A stretch of DNA of 28,396 nt from a virus (lineage: Duplodnaviria; Caudoviricetes). Position numbers and translations under genes: made by a program. The notes under the pieces are model-generated. The model made no database searches and was not told the DNA's origin. It saw only the letters and a program-made list of their open reading frames with translations. The stretch covers positions 1 to 28,396 of the IMG/VR virus record IMGVR_UViG_3300043220_000068, one strand, 5' to 3'. Below, piece by piece: positions 24,646 to 28,396 of the stretch. Position 1 is the stretch's first letter, and every line of letters starts with the position of its first letter.

Positions 24646-26318
24646 GTCGTCAAAAACCCTCTCTCGTTGTACGGCGATTCCGTCGCCCCCTCTTGCCGCC
24701 ACGCGCGACCCACGGCCATTATAGCAGCCACGATGCCGTCGATCTTGTCGGCCGAGTTTTTCTTGTCGGGCCGAATATCGTCACTCGGACCACGCACCGC
24801 CGCGATGTTCGTCGCGTTCCACCGCAGCACCGGGTGCCCGCCGTGCCGAATTCGCTGTTGAAGCACGAGCCGCATGAACTGGTTCATTGGCTCATTCATG
24901 CTCACCGTGCCCTGCCGATGCTCAACCATCTCAAAGCCGTCTTCATCGGCCAACTGCTGGGCCAGCATCGTAGCATTGTATGGGTCAAAAGCGATCTCGC
25001 GAAACTTATAATCCTCGCCCAGTTTGTTGATCCGCTTGCGGATATACCGATAGTCAACCGCATTGCCCGGCGTCAACTCGACCAGGTCCTTCTTCGACCA
25101 CGTCACGTAGGGCTGCCGCTCCTTTCGCTCCCGAATCGCCGCTGTATCCTCCGGACACCAGAAGAACGGCAGCAGCCAAAACTCGTCGTCAACCGGAAAG
25201 GCCAGCACAAGGGACGCCATATCGGAGACTGAGGCCAGGTCCAGCCCAGCCCAACACGGCTGGCCCTTCAGGCGATCAAGGTCGATCTCTCCGTCACAGG
25301 CGTCCCACTTGAGCATCGGCATCCAGCGAAACGCCGTAGTGGTTCTGATGTTCAAGTGCAGGCGCTTGAACGTGTTCTCATATTCCGGCTCTTCTTGGGC
25401 CCGCCTGCACTCACGCGCGATAAAGCTCTCTTTTATCGTCACGTCAATGTTCGGATTAGCCCGGCGCCACACCCCTGGGCTTGTCCAGTCGTCTTCACGC
25501 GACGCCTCATAGATCACCGGGAGAAAGGACGGGTCGTATCCCGGCTTGCCAGGATCGCCGCCGTTATCCCGCACTTGGCTCGCATACTTGTGCTTGGTGT
25601 TGCAGACCGATCCCTCTCGCTCATAGTCGCTCGTCGTGACGTGTAAGAGAAGTGGCTGCTCCCGGCTCCCCATGGATGTCTGCAACACCTCCACCAGCTC
25701 GCCCGTCGGTTGCGCGTGCAGTTCGTCCACCACTGCAAGATAAGTGCTGCCGCCGTGCTCTGTCGTTGCCTCGGAGCTGATCTTGTGGTAGACGGCCCCG
25801 GACATCACATCACCGATCACAATCGAATGCGCGCTGACCTCGGCCCTGTCGTTGAGCCACGGCTCCCGAAGAATCATCCGCTTGACGGGATCGAAGATAT
25901 ACTTCGTTTGGTCTCGCTTGCCGGCCGCGCCATAAATTTCCGCCCCCGGCTCTGGCGGCTGTCCCACAAGCAGCCCGGCCGCCGCATACCCCGCCAGGAT
26001 GATGATCGCTGCCGCCAACTCGCTTTTGCCGTTTTTTCGAGGCACGAAAAGTAGACACTCCCGGTAACGCCGCAAGCCATCAGGCTGTTTCCATCCCCAT
26101 AGATTCGCGACGATCGCCTTCTGCCAGTCCTGGAGAATAAACGGCTTTCCGGCCCATTCCCCGCCTTTAGTAAACGTGCAGCACTCTTCGATAAACGCAA
26201 TGGCAAACGCCGCCGTCTCCTCATCGAACGTGCAATCCCCCGCTTGCGCAAAGGGATCGTAGCCGGGCAGGAGCCGGATGGTCTTTTGGAGATCGAAGTT
26301 AAGGGTGTCGGTACTCAA
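24642..26318 (-). CDS. terL: terminase large subunit (Terminase_1 / HK97-like cos type)
   Basis: LQDWQ, RRYRE, Walker A VPRKNGKS, Walker B AVVDELHA, WRRANP, nuclease AGLDLASVSD, KIDGIVAAIMA. Confidence 0.96.
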   Translation of the reverse strand: MSTDTLNFDLQKTIRLLPGYDPFAQAGDCTFDEETAAFAIAFIEECCTFTKGGEWAGKPFILQDWQKAIVANLWGWKQPDGLRRYRECLLFVPRKNGKSELAAAIIILAGYAAAGLLVGQPPEPGAEIYGAAGKRDQTKYIFDPVKRMILREPWLNDRAEVSAHSIVIGDVMSGAVYHKISSEATTEHGGSTYLAVVDELHAQPTGELVEVLQTSMGSREQPLLLHVTTSDYEREGSVCNTKHKYASQVRDNGGDPGKPGYDPSFLPVIYEASREDDWTSPGVWRRANPNIDVTIKESFIARECRRAQEEPEYENTFKRLHLNIRTTTAFRWMPMLKWDACDGEIDLDRLKGQPCWAGLDLASVSDMASLVLAFPVDDEFWLLPFFWCPEDTAAIRERKERQPYVTWSKKDLVELTPGNAVDYRYIRKRINKLGEDYKFREIAFDPYNATMLAQQLADEDGFEMVEHRQGTVSMNEPMNQFMRLVLQQRIRHGGHPVLRWNATNIAAVRGPSDDIRPDKKNSADKIDGIVAAIMAVGRAWRQEGATESPYNERGFLTT

Positions 26319-26617
26319 GTGTCAGTATCATTGTCGACGCCTCCCGAGGGCGTTGGTTGTCCCGAAAGCATATCTGCCCCCAAGGCCCCGGCAAAAACTA
26401 CGTCAGCAGCGTTTGACGCCTTGCCTCCATGTGCCACGCTGTCCCGCACATATCTGAGAAGCTGCCCCATCTGCGAAGCCATTTGCAGAATAGGTGGTGT
26501 CGCGTCACTGTTCGGGGTCCAAAATCCCTTCACGACAATTGTCCCAGAAAAGTTCTCCAGGTATGTGTTGTCGTCGATGTCCAAAGTGATTGCCCACCGC
26601 ACGGCCCTGCGTTTCAT
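26315..26617 (-). CDS. hypothetical protein, about 100 aa
   Basis: ATG 26617 (MKRRAVRW) has a GGAG RBS; stop overlaps the TerL start; the ORF track allows an extension to 26713. Confidence 0.55.
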   Translation of the reverse strand: MKRRAVRWAITLDIDDNTYLENFSGTIVVKGFWTPNSDATPPILQMASQMGQLLRYVRDSVAHGGKASNAADVVFAGALGADMLSGQPTPSGGVDNDTDT

Positions 26618-26690
26618 ACTTTTCTCCGCTTCCGAGTTGTTGAAAATCCGCAGGCAGGCGGGTCGGGAAACGCCGCCGTTCAGGTATCCC

Positions 26691-26924
26691 CTAGCCCGCG
26701 GAATTGGTTTCAATGTCCCGCCCCATGTATTTGCTACACCAGTCAGTTTTCAACGTCCAGGGCCACCAGCCGAGATATTCAAAGGGGGCGGACGGTGGCT
26801 CCGGCGCACTAAAACGGCACTCGCCAGCGGCCCGCCACTCTACATTGTCCCTCCCTGCAAGCGGCTTGTGTTCCAGTTGCAAGTGATGCCACGCCTTGCA
26901 AGTCTCACACCTGTCGTTGTCCAT
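26691..26924 (-). CDS. Cys4 mini-protein, copy 4 (divergent), about 77 aa
   Basis: MDNDRCETCKAW...GECR...WPWTLKTDWCSKY. Confidence 0.7.
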   Translation of the reverse strand: MDNDRCETCKAWHHLQLEHKPLAGRDNVEWRAAGECRFSAPEPPSAPFEYLGWWPWTLKTDWCSKYMGRDIETNSAG

Positions 26925-26939
26925 CAACTCACCATTTCC

Positions 26940-27033
26940 AAACCCCAAGACACGCGCCCGGCCGACTCGCGGCTGTCGGTGCACCAGCCCGACGCCCACA
27001 CTGCGGGGTGCCCAGGCACGTGTCTTGGGGTTT
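26940..27033 (-). other. 19-bp inverted repeat enclosing further helices (candidate structured RNA element)
   Basis: Arms 26940-26958 and 27015-27033. The only deviation is a U-G pair on the transcribed strand. Inner pairs GCACC/GGTGC and CCGAC/GTCGG. Confidence 0.65.
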
Positions 27034-27037
27034 TATG

Positions 27038-27277
27038 TCAGCCGTTCTCCATTTCATGGTGAATACAACCGAACTCCGGACCCGTCTCAAAGGTCGCTGA
27101 ATAGTCATCGGTGTCCCAATACCACGCCTCATCTGGGGCCATCGGAGACGAATGGAGCGAGCCCTGGATGTACCGAATCTTAGGACTCCCACAATGCCGG
27201 CTCTCGGTACTAGAAGACTCTGCGTCCCAATCGGTTTTCGCGCCCCAGTGTTGACACGTTTCGCACTTGCCGTCCAT
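27038..27277 (-). CDS. Cys4 mini-protein, copy 3, about 79 aa
   Basis: MDGKCETCQHW...HCGSP...TGPEFGCIHHE; TGATG coupling. Confidence 0.75.
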   Translation of the reverse strand: MDGKCETCQHWGAKTDWDAESSSTESRHCGSPKIRYIQGSLHSSPMAPDEAWYWDTDDYSATFETGPEFGCIHHEMENG

Positions 27278-27471
27278 CAGCCCTGCTCCGTCTCGTGGTG
27301 AATGCAGCCGAAGTCCGGCCCCGTGTAAATACCGCTGTAGCCCTCGCCATCCTGCGCACCGTCTTCCGGTGTTATCGAGTTGCCGGAAGAAAGTTTCGGG
27401 TGCCCACACTTCAGCGGCGGGCCAGAATCCCCTGGTAACCACCATTTGCACGTTTTGCACTTGCCGTCCAT
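27277..27471 (-). CDS. Cys4 mini-protein, copy 2, about 64 aa
   Basis: MDGKCKTCKWW...KCGHP...DGAQDGEGYSGIYTGPDFGCIHHE; TGATG coupling. Confidence 0.75.
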   Translation of the reverse strand: MDGKCKTCKWWLPGDSGPPLKCGHPKLSSGNSITPEDGAQDGEGYSGIYTGPDFGCIHHETEQG

Positions 27472-27869
27472 CAGTCCTCCACAATCTTGAATCTCACCGT
27501 CACGTCCAAGCCGCGCCGCCATGTCCAGGGCTTCCACCACGTACCGAGCCAGTCACTTCCAATGGCGGTCGCCCGCACAATTGCGCGGCACCCTGTGTTC
27601 ATGTACCAGCCGGGCTCAGCGTGTGCCTGAATCCATCCTCCCCCCGACTGTTGCATTACCCTTAACTGCATCTCGCAACCATCGTGGCTTTCGCCGTTCT
27701 CACTCTCGTAATGAACGCAGCCGAACTCCGGCCCGGTGTAAATGCCGCTATACCCCTCGCCGTCTTGGGCACCATCAATCTCGTGCCGCGCTGGACCGCC
27801 GACCCAAGGGTGTTCACAATTCCCGAACTCCATCCCCCAGTGCTTGCACGTCTTGCACTTTCCGTCCAT
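27471..27869 (-). CDS. Cys4 mini-protein, copy 1, with C-terminal extension, about 132 aa
   Basis: MDGKCKTCKHW...NCEHP...DGAQDGEGYSGIYTGPEFGCVHYE plus about 75 further residues; TGATG-coupled to TerS. Confidence 0.75.
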   Translation of the reverse strand: MDGKCKTCKHWGMEFGNCEHPWVGGPARHEIDGAQDGEGYSGIYTGPEFGCVHYESENGESHDGCEMQLRVMQQSGGGWIQAHAEPGWYMNTGCRAIVRATAIGSDWLGTWWKPWTWRRGLDVTVRFKIVED

Positions 27870-28351
27870 CACCCCACCACCCCCAGCCGCGGCTTGAAAA
27901 ACTTGTCCTTCGGGTCGCCCTTCTCCCGCTTGCCCGTCGCGTGGATGCCCGGCCGGGAAGTGGGGGTCATGCCGAATTCCCGCAACACCTTGACCACTCG
28001 CTCCCACGCCTTATTCTTCACCCCCACCGCCGGGTGCTGGAACAACACACCCTTGTCCGTCCTGGCGATACAGCCTTCCTCTTTCACGATCGCCGCCGCG
28101 TGAAGAAAGTCGACCAGGGCGTCGCAAAGCAGGGCCAGCGCCACACCGTCGGCGACGGTCAGCACGCCCATATCGTGGAGGATCGGGGCGATAGTTCCCC
28201 AGTGTTCCCGGGGCCCGTCTCCAAGCCACTCGGGCGCCGGGGGCATACCCAGGTCCGGAAGGGGCTCCTGGTCGTTCAGGGCCCGCTTGCCTGGGTTCCC
28301 ACGGCGGCGCTTCAGCTCCGATGGCTCCGGCTTTGGCCCTCTTTTCCCCAC
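27869..28351 (-). CDS. terS: terminase small subunit, P27 family
   Basis: GKRGPKPEPSELKRRRGNPGKR...PAPEWL...LTVAD...HPAV...EFGMTPTSR; GTG start. Confidence 0.93.
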   Translation of the reverse strand: MGKRGPKPEPSELKRRRGNPGKRALNDQEPLPDLGMPPAPEWLGDGPREHWGTIAPILHDMGVLTVADGVALALLCDALVDFLHAAAIVKEEGCIARTDKGVLFQHPAVGVKNKAWERVVKVLREFGMTPTSRPGIHATGKREKGDPKDKFFKPRLGVVG

Positions 28352-28396
28352 GTGACTATCCCCCCTATCCTAAACTTGCGTCCAAAACATTCGGCG

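Larger units (their letters stand above)
568..28351 (-). mobile_element. phage/prophage packaging, head and non-contractile tail module
   Basis: Contiguous co-oriented TerS-TerL-portal-protease-capsid-neck-tube-chaperone-TMP order; no sheath gene. Integration state cannot be determined from this window. Confidence 0.95.

Noticed and set aside
24642-26318. Intein or intron in TerL, portal or capsid
   Set aside because: Lengths are normal and no C...HN-C/S/T splice motifs or LAGLIDADG/HNH domains were seen; only short loop insertions.
26940-27033. tRNA or plain intrinsic terminator
   Set aside because: No TTCGA T-loop or cloverleaf; only three U follow the G-run on the transcribed strand, and the enclosed region is 56 nt.
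26691-27869. CRISPR-like or integron-like array from the recurring TGATGGACGG.AAGTGC repeat
   Set aside because: The repeats are coding starts of paralogous genes, spacing is irregular (about 190-400 nt), and no cas genes, integrase or attC-like sites at each junction are seen.

Overview
The window is almost entirely one minus-strand virion morphogenesis operon of a high-GC, long-tailed (siphovirus-like) phage or prophage with an HK97-type head. In transcription order it encodes TerS, a Cys-rich minigene array, TerL, a cluster of small inserted genes, portal, S49 prohead protease and major capsid. These are followed by a putative head-decoration/fibre module, neck genes, two tail tube genes, a tail chaperone with a -1 frameshift, tape measure and tail-tip genes. 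The operon ends in a translationally coupled methyltransferase / GT2 / double-GT / sulfotransferase cassette. Two plus-strand genes converge on it at the left edge. A Planctomycetota-like host is only a guess from GC content and gene style. Four features stand out. (1) Several stand-alone minigenes look like copies of fragments of the phage's own structural proteins (portal, tape-measure N-terminus, beta-helix N-cap, and a tail-tip-like domain fused to twin-arginine leaders), possibly decoys or assembly modulators. (2) The terminal cassette could glycosylate, methylate and sulfate the virion. (3) Virion genes are repeatedly duplicated in tandem. (4) A four-member HiPIP-like Cys4 minigene array with an embedded structured RNA separates TerS from TerL. 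All homology calls are by-eye motif recognition; no searches were run.
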